Source: an uncultured Planctomycetota bacterium
Lineage (GTDB): Bacteria > Planctomycetota > Planctomycetia > Pirellulales > Lacipirellulaceae
Reading direction: 5' to 3'
Assembly: GCA_963719315.1 (NCBI GenBank)
Contig: CAVRBU010000001.1
Coordinates: forward strand, 1 to 64,000
DNA: 64,000 nt
Part shown: positions 21,923 through 35,337 of the stretch, piece after piece
Layout of the letters: the number at the start of each line of letters is the position of its first letter
Numbering within the stretch: the first letter of the stretch is position 1
Notes under the pieces: generated by a model
Told to the model about the DNA's origin: nothing
Database searches by the model: none
Seen by the model: only the letters and a program-made list of their open reading frames with translations
Made by a program: the position numbers and the translations under genes

Positions 21923-22633
21923 ATGGCCAGCAATCTATGCCGTTCTGTCTGTTTGGTCTTGATGTTGATCCTGAGCACACGGGCGAGCTTTGCGAAGTCG
22001 CCCAATCAGCCGATCCAGTTATTCGACGGCAAGTCATTCAAGGGCTGGACGGCGGCCGACGGCAAACCCGTCACGAAGAACTGGTCCATTGAAGATGGCA
22101 TGCTCGCGCTCAAAGACGTGGGCGGTTCGATCTTTACGGCGGACGAGTACGGCGATTTCGACCTGTCGTTCCAGTGGAAGCTCGCGGCACACGGCAACAG
22201 CGGAGTAAAGTATCGTGTGAACTACTACAAAAAAGGTGTCTTCGGGCACCCTGGATGGCTCGGTTCCGAGTACCAGATTTATGACGATCCGAGCTCCAAG
22301 CCGACCACAAGATTTAGTAGCGGCGCTATTTACGCCATGTATCCGCCCGCGGGCGAACACGTGTTGCGCTTGCCGGGAGAGTTCAATGATTCGCGGATAG
22401 TGGTTCAAGGCACGAAGATCGAACATTGGCTCAACGGCGTTAAGGTAGTCTCGGCCGACATGGCCGACGACGAATGGAGGGAACGGCTCGCCGCAAGCAA
22501 GTTCAAAGGCATCAAGGACTTCATGAAGAAGCCGAAGGGCCGCATCGAGCTGCAAGACCACAACAGCCACGTGTGGTTTCGGAATCTTGTGCTGACGCCG
22601 CTCGATTCGGCGGAGGAACACACGAAGCTGTAA
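21923..22633 (+). CDS. DUF1080 (3-keto-disaccharide hydrolase-like) protein
   Basis: LFDGKSFKGW, GNSGVKY, EYQIYD, IELQDH, VWFRNL. Confidence 0.92.
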   Translation: MASNLCRSVCLVLMLILSTRASFAKSPNQPIQLFDGKSFKGWTAADGKPVTKNWSIEDGMLALKDVGGSIFTADEYGDFDLSFQWKLAAHGNSGVKYRVNYYKKGVFGHPGWLGSEYQIYDDPSSKPTTRFSSGAIYAMYPPAGEHVLRLPGEFNDSRIVVQGTKIEHWLNGVKVVSADMADDEWRERLAASKFKGIKDFMKKPKGRIELQDHNSHVWFRNLVLTPLDSAEEHTKL

Positions 22634-22646
22634 GACCGTTCATTTA

Positions 22647-22759
22647 TTTACCACGGTTTCGCGGATGACCACGGATGGTGTTGTGAGCGAATTAAACTTG
22701 TAGAAAGCTCACCGCAATATGTTCTTCTATCCGTGCAATCCGTGACATCCGTGGTTAAA
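22647..22759. repeat. Intergenic inverted repeat built from CACGGAT/ATCCGTG units
   Basis: TTTACCACGG...CACGGAT left, ATCCGTG x3 ...CCGTGGTTAAA right. Confidence 0.7.
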
Positions 22760-22791
22760 CAATGTGACTCGCATTCCGCTTCCCGACAATC

Positions 22792-24585
22792 ATGAATTGG
22801 CCGGCTGCTATGACGCTCAACAAAACTGTAACCGGTTGTCTGGTTTTTCTGTCGTTCCTGTCCCTATCTATTTTTGCGGCTTGCGGGGAAGAAACGAACC
22901 CTCGCGCAGACGCGCTATCGCCCGACGTTTGGCGGCGCGAGAATCGCCTCGTCGATTTGCACATGCACATCGAAGGCTTGCCCGAGCGATACGAGCGGGC
23001 GGTTCGGATCATGGATGCAGCCGGCATCGGGTTGGGAATTGAACTGGGGTCCGGCACGCTGACGCCCATCCAAGGCGGTCTCTCCGAATTCGAAAAAGCC
23101 CAGGCCATATCCAACAAGGTTTGCCCGGGCCGATTCGTACATTACATGCTTCTCGACTATCGCGGTTGGGACGAACCCGATTGGAGCGACCGGGCCGTCG
23201 AGCAAGTCAATGCTGCCTACAAATGCGGCGCGGCCGGGCTGAAGGAATTCAAGCGGCTGGGGTTAACTTTGCGCGACGGCAAAGGCAAGTTGATCAAAGT
23301 CGATGATCCCAAGCTCGATCCCGTGTGGAAACGCTGCGGCGAGCTCGGCCTGCCGGTGTCGATTCACGTGGGCGATCCGCAGGCGTTTTGGGAACCGCTC
23401 AACGAGCAGAATGAGCGCTGGGAGGAGCTTCGCGATCATCCCGCCTGGTGGTTTGGCGATCCCAAGAAGTATCCGCCGCGGATGGAAATACTGGACGTCC
23501 TGGTGCGCGTAATCGAGCGCAATCCGAAAACGACATTCGTGTGCGTCCACTTCGGCGACAATCCGGAGGACGTCGATTGGGTCGATCGGCAGCTCGAGGC
23601 GCATCCGAATATGATGATCGATCTGGCGGCACGGATTCCGGAGATCGGCCGCGGCGATCAGGCGGCGACCGACAAGCTTCGCAAGTTTTTCATCAAGCAC
23701 CAGGATCGGATTTTCTTCGCGACCGACTTCCAGGTTGCGTCGCGACTCACGCTGGGTTCCGCGGGCGACGCCGAGCGGCCGACGGACCACGACGCGGTCG
23801 TCTTCTTTCAGAAGTGCTATCGTTTTTTGGAAACGGCCGACCGCGATTGGCAGCACATGACTCCGATCCAGGGCAAGTGGACGATCAGCAGCATCGACCT
23901 TCCCGCGGAAGTACAGCGAAAAGTGTACTTCGACAACGCGCGAAAGTTGCTGGCTCGCACTTTTTCGGCCCCCGCCCTGCGGGCCAAACGAATCTCGGCG
24001 GATTTTGTGCCTGACGGCAAGCTGAACGAAGAAGCCTGGAGTGGCGTGGTCCCGGCCCGGATTGAATATGGCTTGGACGATAGCCAGGCCCGCCCCGAGT
24101 TGAGCACCTGCGTGCGGGCTTTGTGGAGCGACAAGTATTTGTACGTGGCCTACGAGGCGCCGTACACCATGTTAACAGCCGCCGAATCGCCGAGCAAAAT
24201 GGAGCGGTTCGGCTTATGGAAGGCGGATGTCGTCGAACTATTTGTCGCAGCGAACTCGGGAAACCCCAAGGCCTACACGGAATATGAATGGGCGCCCAAT
24301 GGGGAACAACTTGATGTGAAGATCGATCTGCCGAAGAAAGATTTCGATTGGACGAGCAACATGGAATCGGCGGTCGCAATCGACCGGGCAGCGAAAGTCT
24401 GGCGGGTTGAAGCCCGGATTCCGCTCAGTTCGATCGGCGGCGACGCCCCCAAGCTCGGCACGCGGTGGCGGGCCAATTTGTTCCGGCACAACGTCGCCAA
24501 CAAAGCGTTTCTCGCTTGGAATCCGACGCTCACCGAAACGACCCACACGCCGGAGCGCTTCGCCTGGCTCGAGTTCGCCGAGTAG
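22792..24585 (+). CDS. Amidohydrolase_2 domain fused to CBM9-like sugar-binding domain
   Basis: DLHMH, GLKEFK, SIHVGD, FATD; then DGKLNEEAW, ALWSDKYLYV, WRANLFR. Confidence 0.8.
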   Translation: MNWPAAMTLNKTVTGCLVFLSFLSLSIFAACGEETNPRADALSPDVWRRENRLVDLHMHIEGLPERYERAVRIMDAAGIGLGIELGSGTLTPIQGGLSEFEKAQAISNKVCPGRFVHYMLLDYRGWDEPDWSDRAVEQVNAAYKCGAAGLKEFKRLGLTLRDGKGKLIKVDDPKLDPVWKRCGELGLPVSIHVGDPQAFWEPLNEQNERWEELRDHPAWWFGDPKKYPPRMEILDVLVRVIERNPKTTFVCVHFGDNPEDVDWVDRQLEAHPNMMIDLAARIPEIGRGDQAATDKLRKFFIKHQDRIFFATDFQVASRLTLGSAGDAERPTDHDAVVFFQKCYRFLETADRDWQHMTPIQGKWTISSIDLPAEVQRKVYFDNARKLLARTFSAPALRAKRISADFVPDGKLNEEAWSGVVPARIEYGLDDSQARPELSTCVRALWSDKYLYVAYEAPYTMLTAAESPSKMERFGLWKADVVELFVAANSGNPKAYTEYEWAPNGEQLDVKIDLPKKDFDWTSNMESAVAIDRAAKVWRVEARIPLSSIGGDAPKLGTRWRANLFRHNVANKAFLAWNPTLTETTHTPERFAWLEFAE

Positions 24586-24697
24586 CACGTGACGGAACGG
24601 GCGTGGTACGCGCGATTGATACACTTGCTGCTGCGCGATTCATCAAGATGAAAAAAACACACACTTGAACCATTGATTTAGGCGGCGTCGAACGGAT

Positions 24698-25288
24698 ATG
24701 AGTAACGAACTTCCAACCATCTATTTGGCGCGGCATGGCGAGACCGAGTGGAGCCTGTCGGGCCAGCATACCGGCTTGACCGATTTGCCACTAACCGCAC
24801 GCGGAGAGCAAAATGCCCGGCGGTTGGGAGCCCGACTGCGCGGGATGAAGTTCGCCAAAGTATTCACAAGCCCGCTGCGGCGCGCATCGCGAACGTGCGA
24901 ATTGGCGGGCTTTGCCGAAGCGGCTGAATTCCTGCCCGATTTGGTCGAGTGGAACTATGGTGACTACGAAGGCCGGCGCACCGTCGAGATTCACACCGAG
25001 CGGCCCGACTGGGACTTATTTCGCGACGGCTGCCCAGGCGGCGAATCGCCCGAGCAAGTTGGCTCGCGGGCCGATCGGGTGGTGGACCGCCTGCGGGCAG
25101 TGGCCGGCGATGTGCTCGTGTTTTCTAGCGGGCATTTTCTGCGCGTGTGTGCGGCCCGCTGGCTGGGGTTGGCCCCTGGGGCGGGTAGATACCTTTTATT
25201 AAGCACGGCTAGCTTAAGCATTTTGGGCTACGAACATAACCTGTCGGAGCCGGTGGTTCGACTATGGAACGATACGCGACATGTATAG
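24698..25288 (+). CDS. Histidine phosphatase (phosphoglycerate mutase family)
   Basis: RHGETEW, SPLRRA. Confidence 0.92.
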   Translation: MSNELPTIYLARHGETEWSLSGQHTGLTDLPLTARGEQNARRLGARLRGMKFAKVFTSPLRRASRTCELAGFAEAAEFLPDLVEWNYGDYEGRRTVEIHTERPDWDLFRDGCPGGESPEQVGSRADRVVDRLRAVAGDVLVFSSGHFLRVCAARWLGLAPGAGRYLLLSTASLSILGYEHNLSEPVVRLWNDTRHV

Positions 25289-25373
25289 AAGCATTTTCAA
25301 AACGGAGTTTTCGTCGTGATCGTCGTGTCGTCGTGGTAGCAATTCCATTCCGTCCCACACCCGAGATATCGCC

Positions 25374-26092
25374 ATGAACGTACTTGTAATTGATGTTGGC
25401 GGAACGCACGTCAAGATTTTGGCGACAGGTCAGAAGGAACAGCGGAAGTTCGATTCGGGGCCAACGCTCACACCACAAAAGATGGTGGCCGGCGTCAAGC
25501 AACTCGCCGCCGATTGGAAGTACGACGTTGTGTCGATCGGTTATCCCGGCCCGGTGTTGCATGGCAAGCCGGTCGCCGAGCCTCATAATCTTGCGCCGGG
25601 ATGGGTTGCGTTTGACTTCCGGGCGGCGTTCGGATGCCCCGTCAAACTTGTCAACGATGCGGCGATGCAAGCGCTCGGCAGTTACAAGGGCGGCAAATTG
25701 CTCTTCATAGGGTTGGGCACCGGGCTTGGAACCACGATGATCGTCGATGGCATCGTGGAGCCGATGGAGTTGGGCCACCTTCCGTATAAAAAAGCGACTT
25801 ATGAAGATTACGTGGGGCAACGGGGGCTGGAGAAGCATGGTGTTCACAAGTGGCGACATCACGTCGCGGACGTGGTAAAACTGCTGGTCGCGGCACTCGA
25901 GCCGGATGATGTGGTGCTCGGCGGAGGAAACGTCAAGCAGCTCAAGGAGATGCCGCCAGGCTGCCGAGCCGGCGACAATGCCAACGCATTTGCCGGCGGG
26001 TTTCGATTATGGCAGGATGCGGCGACCGGCAAGTCGCGTAAAACGGGAAACCGCAAGGCGGCCACAAAGAAGCCAGCGAAAGGAAAGCGAAA

Positions 26093-26096
<4 letters not shown>
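25374..26096 (+). CDS. ROK-family sugar kinase (polyphosphate glucokinase-like)
   Basis: [28 protein letters not shown]. Confidence 0.88.
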
Positions 26097-28640
<2,544 letters not shown>

Positions 28641-28714
28641 GCGTCCCGCTCCGCGAGTGGATCCTGCGCCTTGCCGAGCGACACGCCTACAAAGATTAAT
28701 TCAAGGAGATATAC

Positions 28715-29746
28715 ATGCAATTGGGAATGATCGGCCTCGGACGGATGGGCGCGAACATGGTTCGGCGGCTCATCAAGGGTGGCCATGAGTGTGTGGCGTT
28801 CGATGTATTTCCGAAAGCGGTCGAAGAGCTGGCCAAGGACAAAGCGGTTGGCGCCGCCTCGCTGCCGGATTTCGTCAAGAAGTTGTCCAAGCCGCGGGCC
28901 GTGTGGCTGATGGTGCCGGCCGCCGTGGTGGACAAGACGATCGCCGACTTGTTGCCGCTGTTGGAGAAGGACGACATTCTGATCGACGGCGGAAACTCCT
29001 ACTACATCGACGATATCCGCCGCGCCAAGGATCTCGCTTCCAAGGGAATTCATTATGTCGACGTCGGCACGAGCGGCGGCGTCTGGGGATTGGAGCGCGG
29101 CTATTGCATGATGATCGGCGGCGAGCCGGGCGTCGTGAAACACCTCGACCCGATCTTTGCCACGCTGGCGCCGGGCCGGGGCGATATCGCGCGCACGCCG
29201 GGAAGCGAAAAACTCGGCGGCAGCGCCGAACAGGGCTACCTGCATTGCGGCCAAAATGGCGCTGGCCATTTCGTGAAAATGGTCCATAACGGAATCGAAT
29301 ACGGCATCATGGCAGCCTACGCCGAAGGGTTGGGCATCTTGCGCGACGCCAATATCGGCAAACGGCAACATGAGATCGATGCGGAAACCACGCCGCTCCG
29401 CAATCCGGAGCTCTACCAATACGATCTCAACCTGCCCGATATCGCCGAGGTGTGGCGCCGCGGCAGCGTGATCGCTTCCTGGTTGCTGGATCTGACGGCC
29501 ACTTCGCTGGTCGAAGACCCCGAGCTGTCGAAGTTCGCAGGCCGCGTTTCCGACTCCGGCGAGGGGCGCTGGACGATCAAGGCCGCGATCGACGAGGCCG
29601 TGCCCGCGCCCGTGCTGACGACCGCTTTGTTCGAGCGGTTCAGTTCGCGTGGCGAGGCCGACTTTCAGGACAAACTACTCTCCGCGATGCGATTCCAATT
29701 CGGCGGCCATCTGGAGAAGCCCGCTGAACAAAAAGGTATGCAATGA
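28715..29746 (+). CDS. gnd: 6-phosphogluconate dehydrogenase (decarboxylating, short type)
   Basis: [31 protein letters not shown]. Confidence 0.96.
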   Translation: MQLGMIGLGRMGANMVRRLIKGGHECVAFDVFPKAVEELAKDKAVGAASLPDFVKKLSKPRAVWLMVPAAVVDKTIADLLPLLEKDDILIDGGNSYYIDDIRRAKDLASKGIHYVDVGTSGGVWGLERGYCMMIGGEPGVVKHLDPIFATLAPGRGDIARTPGSEKLGGSAEQGYLHCGQNGAGHFVKMVHNGIEYGIMAAYAEGLGILRDANIGKRQHEIDAETTPLRNPELYQYDLNLPDIAEVWRRGSVIASWLLDLTATSLVEDPELSKFAGRVSDSGEGRWTIKAAIDEAVPAPVLTTALFERFSSRGEADFQDKLLSAMRFQFGGHLEKPAEQKGMQ

Positions 29747-31115
29747 CGAGTCCGACCCAATCCGATGCACTCGTTTTTTTCGGCGCGACTGGCGACCTGG
29801 CCTACAAGAAGATTTTTCCGTCGTTGCAAGCGATGGTTAAGCACGGCCAGCTCGATGTGCCCGTTATCGGCGTGGCCAAGTCCGGTTGGAACTTGGATCA
29901 ATTGAAAGCGCGGGCCCGCGACAGCGTCGAAAAGCACGGCGGCATCGATCCGCCCTCGTTCGACAAATTGCTCGGCCTGCTCCGATACGTCGATGGTGAC
30001 TACAACAATCTTTCGACGTTCCAGGCTCTGCGGAAGGAACTTGGCTCGGCCGAGCACCCCGCTCATTACCTGGCCATTCCGCCCGTGATGTTCGGCCCCG
30101 TCGTGGAACAACTGACGAAGGCCAATTGCACAGCCGGGCGCGGGTGATCATCGAAAAGCCTTTTGGTCGCGATCTGGACTCGGCCTTGAAACTCAACGCG
30201 ATTCTCTTGGAAGCGTTCTACGAAAGGGACATCTTCCGCATCGACCACTACTTGGGGAAAGCGCCCGTCCACAACATGGTGTTTTTCCGTTTTGCGAATT
30301 CTTTTCTGGAACCGATTTGGGATCGCGACAACGTCGAGAGCATGCAAATCACGATGGCCGAGGATTTCGGCGTGCAGGGTCGCGGCGCGTTCTACGAAGA
30401 GACCGGCGCGATGCGCGACGTCGTGGAAAACCACCTGTTCCAGGTGCTCGTCAATCTAACGATGGAACCCCCCGTTCGCACCGATAGCGAATCGATTCGC
30501 GACGAAAAGGTACAGGTCCTGCGCGGAATTCAAGCGCTCGATCCGAAAAATCTTGTGCGCGGGCAGTTCCGCGGCTATCGCAGTGAAAAAGGCGTCGCGC
30601 CGGATTCGAAAGTCGAAACGTTTGCGGCTCTCAAGCTCGAAATCGACTCCTGGCGGTGGCAGGGAGTGCCGTTCTACATTCGTGCTGGAAAGTGCTTGCC
30701 GGTGACCAGCACCGAAATCGTGGTGCGGTTGCGCAAACCGCCGACGATGTTCAAAGGATATGATCTGAAGTCGAATTACTTTCGATTCCAAATCAGTCCG
30801 GAAATCGTGTTCGCGGTTGGCATGATGGCGATCACGCCTGGCGCCGAAAAAACGGGGGCCTGCGTGGAGATGGAAGCGGCTCGCAATCCGGCGCCTGGCG
30901 AAATGGACGCCTACGAGCGACTCCTAGGCGACGCGATGCGCGGCGATCCCACGCTCTTCGCGCGCGAAGATTCCGTCGAAGCGGCGTGGCGGATCGTCGA
31001 TCCCGTGCTGAATGCCGGTGCGCCAGTGTATGAGTACGAACCCGGAACGTGGGGGCCCAAGGAGACGGACCAAATCGTTTGCCCGCCCGGCGGCTGGCAG
31101 AATCCGACTTTGTAG
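29743..31115 (+). CDS. zwf: Glucose-6-phosphate dehydrogenase (indel near 30138)
   Basis: [34 protein letters not shown]. Confidence 0.96.
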
Positions 31116-31205
31116 CAGTCACGCCCCGAGACTGTGATTTTTTGTAGGGTGGGCATCGCCCACCATAGGATGCGGTATAGGAGTGTGTTTACGACACTGA
31201 AATCC

Positions 31206-31895
31206 ATGCAGATTGATGTCCTCACCGACGCTGATGCCGTGGCCCGCAAGGCTGCCGCTTTGATTGCACAAGCTGCCCGGGAAGATTTCGCGGCGCGGGG
31301 GCGATTCGTCCTGGCGGTGAGTGGCGGGCGAACGCCGTGGCAGATGCTACGTGCGCTCGCCGATGAAGACGTGCCGTGGCCAGCCATGCAAATCGTGCAG
31401 GTTGACGAACGAGTCGCTCCGGCCGGCGATCCGGATCGAAATCTTACACATCTGCACGCTAGTTTGTTGGAGCACGCGCCGCTTCGTGCGGAGCAAATTC
31501 ATGCCATGCCTGTCGAGTCAACTGATCTCCAAGCGGCGGCGGGCGCGTATTCCAATACGCTGTGCGAAATTGCCGGAACGCCGCCGGTGCTGGACCTCAT
31601 CCATTTGGGACTCGGACCCGATGGCCACACAGCTTCCCTGGTGCCGGGTGATCCTGTACTCAATGTTACTGACGAGAATGTAGCCCTCACGGGCGTTTAC
31701 CAGGGACGGCGACGAATGACGCTCACGTATCCGATTCTCAATCGCGCCCGGCGAATCCTCTGGCTCATAACGGGCAGCGACAAAGCCGGGCCGCTCGTGC
31801 AACTTCGCGATGGAGACGCGGCGATTCCCGCCGGTCGCGTGAACCCAACGCAAGCCACGGTGCTTGCGGATCGCGCGGCAGCCGCGCGACTTTGA
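31206..31895 (+). CDS. pgl: 6-phosphogluconolactonase
   Basis: SGGRTP, VDER, LGLGPDGHTASL. Confidence 0.93.
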   Translation: MQIDVLTDADAVARKAAALIAQAAREDFAARGRFVLAVSGGRTPWQMLRALADEDVPWPAMQIVQVDERVAPAGDPDRNLTHLHASLLEHAPLRAEQIHAMPVESTDLQAAAGAYSNTLCEIAGTPPVLDLIHLGLGPDGHTASLVPGDPVLNVTDENVALTGVYQGRRRMTLTYPILNRARRILWLITGSDKAGPLVQLRDGDAAIPAGRVNPTQATVLADRAAAARL

Positions 31896-31922
31896 ACGCA
31901 CACTCGTTGGGAGGAATTAGCA

Positions 31923-32372
31923 ATGCGCATCGGCATCGCGACGGATCACGGCGGCTATTGCCTGAAAGTCGAATTGCTCGAGCGGCTACGCCAGGCGGGG
32001 CACGACGTCGTCGATTTCGGCGCCAAGGATTTGAACGTGGGCGACGACTACCCCGACTTCGTTATTCCCATGGCGCAGGCCGTTGCCGAAGGGAAGCTTG
32101 AACGCGGCGTGGCCGTCTGCGGCAGCGGCGTCGGCGCGTCCATTTGTGCCAACAAGGTCGTTGGCGCCAAAGCGGCCCTCGTCACGGATCACTTTTCCGC
32201 CCGGCAGGGCGTGGAAGACGATCACATGAACATTCTATGCCTGGGTGGACGGACGGTCGGGTCGGAAGTGGCGTGGGATCTTGTCGAAACATTCCTGGAC
32301 GCGAAGTACAGCTCGGCCGAACGCCACCTGCGACGGTTAGAAAAAGTAAAGACGCTGGAAAAAGCACCGTAA
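31923..32372 (+). CDS. rpiB: Ribose-5-phosphate isomerase B
   Basis: DHGG, DYPD, CGSGVG, ANKV, RHLRR. Confidence 0.93.
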   Translation: MRIGIATDHGGYCLKVELLERLRQAGHDVVDFGAKDLNVGDDYPDFVIPMAQAVAEGKLERGVAVCGSGVGASICANKVVGAKAALVTDHFSARQGVEDDHMNILCLGGRTVGSEVAWDLVETFLDAKYSSAERHLRRLEKVKTLEKAP

Positions 32373-32430
32373 GTCAGGCTTTAGCCTGACTTTTGACGAG
32401 AAAATAACTGCAGGCTGAAGCCTGACTTAC
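32369..32430. repeat. REP doublet
   Basis: GTAAGTCAGGCTTTAGCCTG ... CAGGCTGAAGCCTGACTTAC. Confidence 0.8.
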
Positions 32431-32445
32431 GCTGACGAGCACCCG

Positions 32446-35157
32446 ATGAACATTTACGACACTCACGAAGGCGTTCGCCTGCAGATGAACCGGCAGGAGA
32501 TTGGCCATTGGAACCGCTGGGGGCCATTTTTAGCCGAGCGGGCGTGGGGCACCGTCCGCGAGGATTACAGCGCGGACGGCGACGCATGGAATTACTTCCC
32601 ACACGATGAGGCGCGTTCGCGGACCTACCGCTGGAACGAAGACGGCATCGCCGGCATTTGCGATCGCCACCAATACCTATGTTTTGCGCTCGCGTACTGG
32701 AATGGACGCGATCAGTATCTCAAAGAGCGGATGTTTGGCCTGAGCGGCAAGGAAGGCAATCACGGCGAAGACGTCAAAGAGTGTTACTTTTATCTCGACA
32801 ACACGCCGACGCACTCGTACATGAAGTACTTGTACAAGTATCCGCAGGCCGCGTTTCCGTACGATCGGTTGTTGGGCGAAAATCGGAAACGCACGCGCCT
32901 CGATCCCGAATACGAATTGGTGGACACGGGCGTCTTCGACCAGAATCGATACTTCGAGATCGTCGTCGAGTATGCGAAGCGCGAGCCAGAAGACATGCTG
33001 ATTCGCATCAGCATTACCAACCTCGGGCCGGACGCCGCGCCGATTCATGTCCTGCCGACGCTGTGGTTTCGAAACACCTGGAGTTGGGGGCGCGATCCGC
33101 GCCGGCCGACGATCGCCGCCGGCTCGGACGACAAGAACCGTTCCAACTCAATGCGCACGCTCTTGGCCAAGCACTTCGAACTCGGCGAATACATCTTATA
33201 TGCAGACGCCGCGGACGAGCTGTTGTTTACCGAAAATGAAACCAACATAAAACGCGTGTTCAATTCGTCCGACCCGACGCCGTTCGTCAAGGACGCGTTT
33301 CACGAATGCGTCTTACTCGGGAATCGAGCGGCCGTGAATTCGAAAGGCACGGGCACCAAGGCGGCCGCTCACTATTCGCGCACCGTGGGTGCCGGACAGA
33401 CGATCGCGATCGAGGTGCGTCTATCGGCGCTCATCGACGATCATCCGCTCGAGTATCCGTTTGCCGATTTCGACGCCTTGATTACTCAGCGCCGCGAAGA
33501 AGCCGATGAATTCTACAAAGCCGTGATCGGCGAGCGGTTATCGGCGGACTCCCAGTCGATTGCCCGGCAAGCCTTCGCCGGCATGTTGTGGTCGAAACAG
33601 TATTATCATTACGTCGTGAACGACTGGCTCAAAGGAGACCCCGCGGAGCCGGTTCCGCCGCCTCAGCGTCTCGAAGGCAGAAATCACGAATGGCGGCATG
33701 TGTTCGCGCGCAACGTCATTTCAATGCCCGACAAATGGGAGTTTCCTTGGTTTGCATCGTGGGACCTGGGTTTCCACTGCGCGGCGCTGGCGCACGTCGA
33801 TCCGCAATTCGCCAAAGACCAAATCATCTTGATGCTCCGCGAATGGTACATGCACCCGAACGGCCAGATTCCGGCCTACGAATGGGATTTCGGCAACGTC
33901 AATCCGCCCGTGCTTTCGATGGCGGCGCGAGCCGTGTTCGATATCGAGCGCTCGCACACCGGCGTGTCGGACTATGCGTTCCTGGAACGCGTGTTCAGTA
34001 AAATGCTGCTGAACTTTACCTGGTGGGTGAATCGCAAGGATCCGCTGGGGAAAAACATTTTTCAAGGCGGCTTTTTGGGGATGGATAACATCGGCGTGTT
34101 CGACCGCGGCAAGCTGCCGGCCGGCTACATGCTGGGCCAGGCCGACGGCACGAGCTGGATGGCGGCCTTCGCGCGGAGCATGCTGTCGATTGCCCTAGAG
34201 CTCGCCGAACAGAACCCAATCTATGAGGATATGGCGAGTAAGTTTTGGGAGCATTTCGTATACATCGCCAACTCGATGAACAGCCTCTCCGACCCAAAAA
34301 AATCGTTGTGGCACGAGGAGGATGGCTTCTTTTACGACCATCTAACGAAGCCCAGCGGCGAAACGATACCCATTCGGGCCCGTACAATGGTTGGCTTCGT
34401 ACCGCTGTTTGGCGCGACGGTGGTCGATGCAAACTCCTGCCAACAGCATCCAGCCTTCAACCGGCGGCGACAATGGTTCATCGAGCACCGACCCGATCTG
34501 GTGGAGAGTGTCGGTCCCATGGTCACGCCGGGCGCTCACAACACGCTGATCCTGGGCCTGGTGCGGACCGACCAACTACGGCGAATGTTGGCGTACATGT
34601 TGGACGAGCGCGAGTTCCTCTCGCCGTACGGTATTCGCGCCGTCTCCCGCTACCATCTCGATCATCCGTTGGTGATGCAATTGGATGGCCAGGAGTATCG
34701 GCTCGACTATGAACCGGCGGAATCGACGACCGATCTGTTCGGCGGTAATTCGAATTGGCGCGGCCCGATTTGGATGCCGGTGAACTTCCTCGTGATTCAG
34801 GCTTTGCGTGAATATCATCTTTACTACGGCAACAGTTTTCAGATCGAATGCCCGACCGGTTCCGGTCACATGATGACGCTCGAACAAGTCGCCAAGGAGT
34901 TGGCCCGCCGGCTGGCGCATATCTTTCTGCGCGGCGCGGACGGAAAGCGGCCCGTATTTGGCGATTACCCACTCTACAATGACGATCCATATTGGCGGGA
35001 TTTCATTCCGTTTTACGAGTATTTTGACGGCGACAACGGCCGCGGTTGCGGAGCCAGCCATCAAACGGGCTGGACGGGCCTAATCGCGCAAATTCTGGTC
35101 ATGCTCGGAAAGGAGATGAACGGGCACACGGAAGCAACCACAAATGCGAAGCAATGA
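32446..35157 (+). CDS. GH63 (MGH1-like) glucosidase
   Basis: WGTVREDYS, MPDKWEFPWFASWD, NSNWRGPIW, GASHQTGWT. Confidence 0.9.
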   Translation: MNIYDTHEGVRLQMNRQEIGHWNRWGPFLAERAWGTVREDYSADGDAWNYFPHDEARSRTYRWNEDGIAGICDRHQYLCFALAYWNGRDQYLKERMFGLSGKEGNHGEDVKECYFYLDNTPTHSYMKYLYKYPQAAFPYDRLLGENRKRTRLDPEYELVDTGVFDQNRYFEIVVEYAKREPEDMLIRISITNLGPDAAPIHVLPTLWFRNTWSWGRDPRRPTIAAGSDDKNRSNSMRTLLAKHFELGEYILYADAADELLFTENETNIKRVFNSSDPTPFVKDAFHECVLLGNRAAVNSKGTGTKAAAHYSRTVGAGQTIAIEVRLSALIDDHPLEYPFADFDALITQRREEADEFYKAVIGERLSADSQSIARQAFAGMLWSKQYYHYVVNDWLKGDPAEPVPPPQRLEGRNHEWRHVFARNVISMPDKWEFPWFASWDLGFHCAALAHVDPQFAKDQIILMLREWYMHPNGQIPAYEWDFGNVNPPVLSMAARAVFDIERSHTGVSDYAFLERVFSKMLLNFTWWVNRKDPLGKNIFQGGFLGMDNIGVFDRGKLPAGYMLGQADGTSWMAAFARSMLSIALELAEQNPIYEDMASKFWEHFVYIANSMNSLSDPKKSLWHEEDGFFYDHLTKPSGETIPIRARTMVGFVPLFGATVVDANSCQQHPAFNRRRQWFIEHRPDLVESVGPMVTPGAHNTLILGLVRTDQLRRMLAYMLDEREFLSPYGIRAVSRYHLDHPLVMQLDGQEYRLDYEPAESTTDLFGGNSNWRGPIWMPVNFLVIQALREYHLYYGNSFQIECPTGSGHMMTLEQVAKELARRLAHIFLRGADGKRPVFGDYPLYNDDPYWRDFIPFYEYFDGDNGRGCGASHQTGWTGLIAQILVMLGKEMNGHTEATTNAKQ

Positions 35158-35337
35158 CGGCTGGTTGCTGAACCGATTCGTAATTCGCAATACTACTCAA
35201 ACTGAAAAAACGAACCGCTAAGGTCGCCAAGAACGCCAAGGAATACAGAGAGAAATCAATTTGGCATGCAGTTTGTCCGCCTACCTGCCCTCCGTATTAG
35301 AACCACCAGCAACAGCCTCAGCGAGCCGATCACCATC

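Noticed and set aside
35261..35276. sigma54-like TGGCATGCAGTTTGTC before the PQQ-repeat gene
   Set aside because: -12 GC replaced by GT; insufficient support
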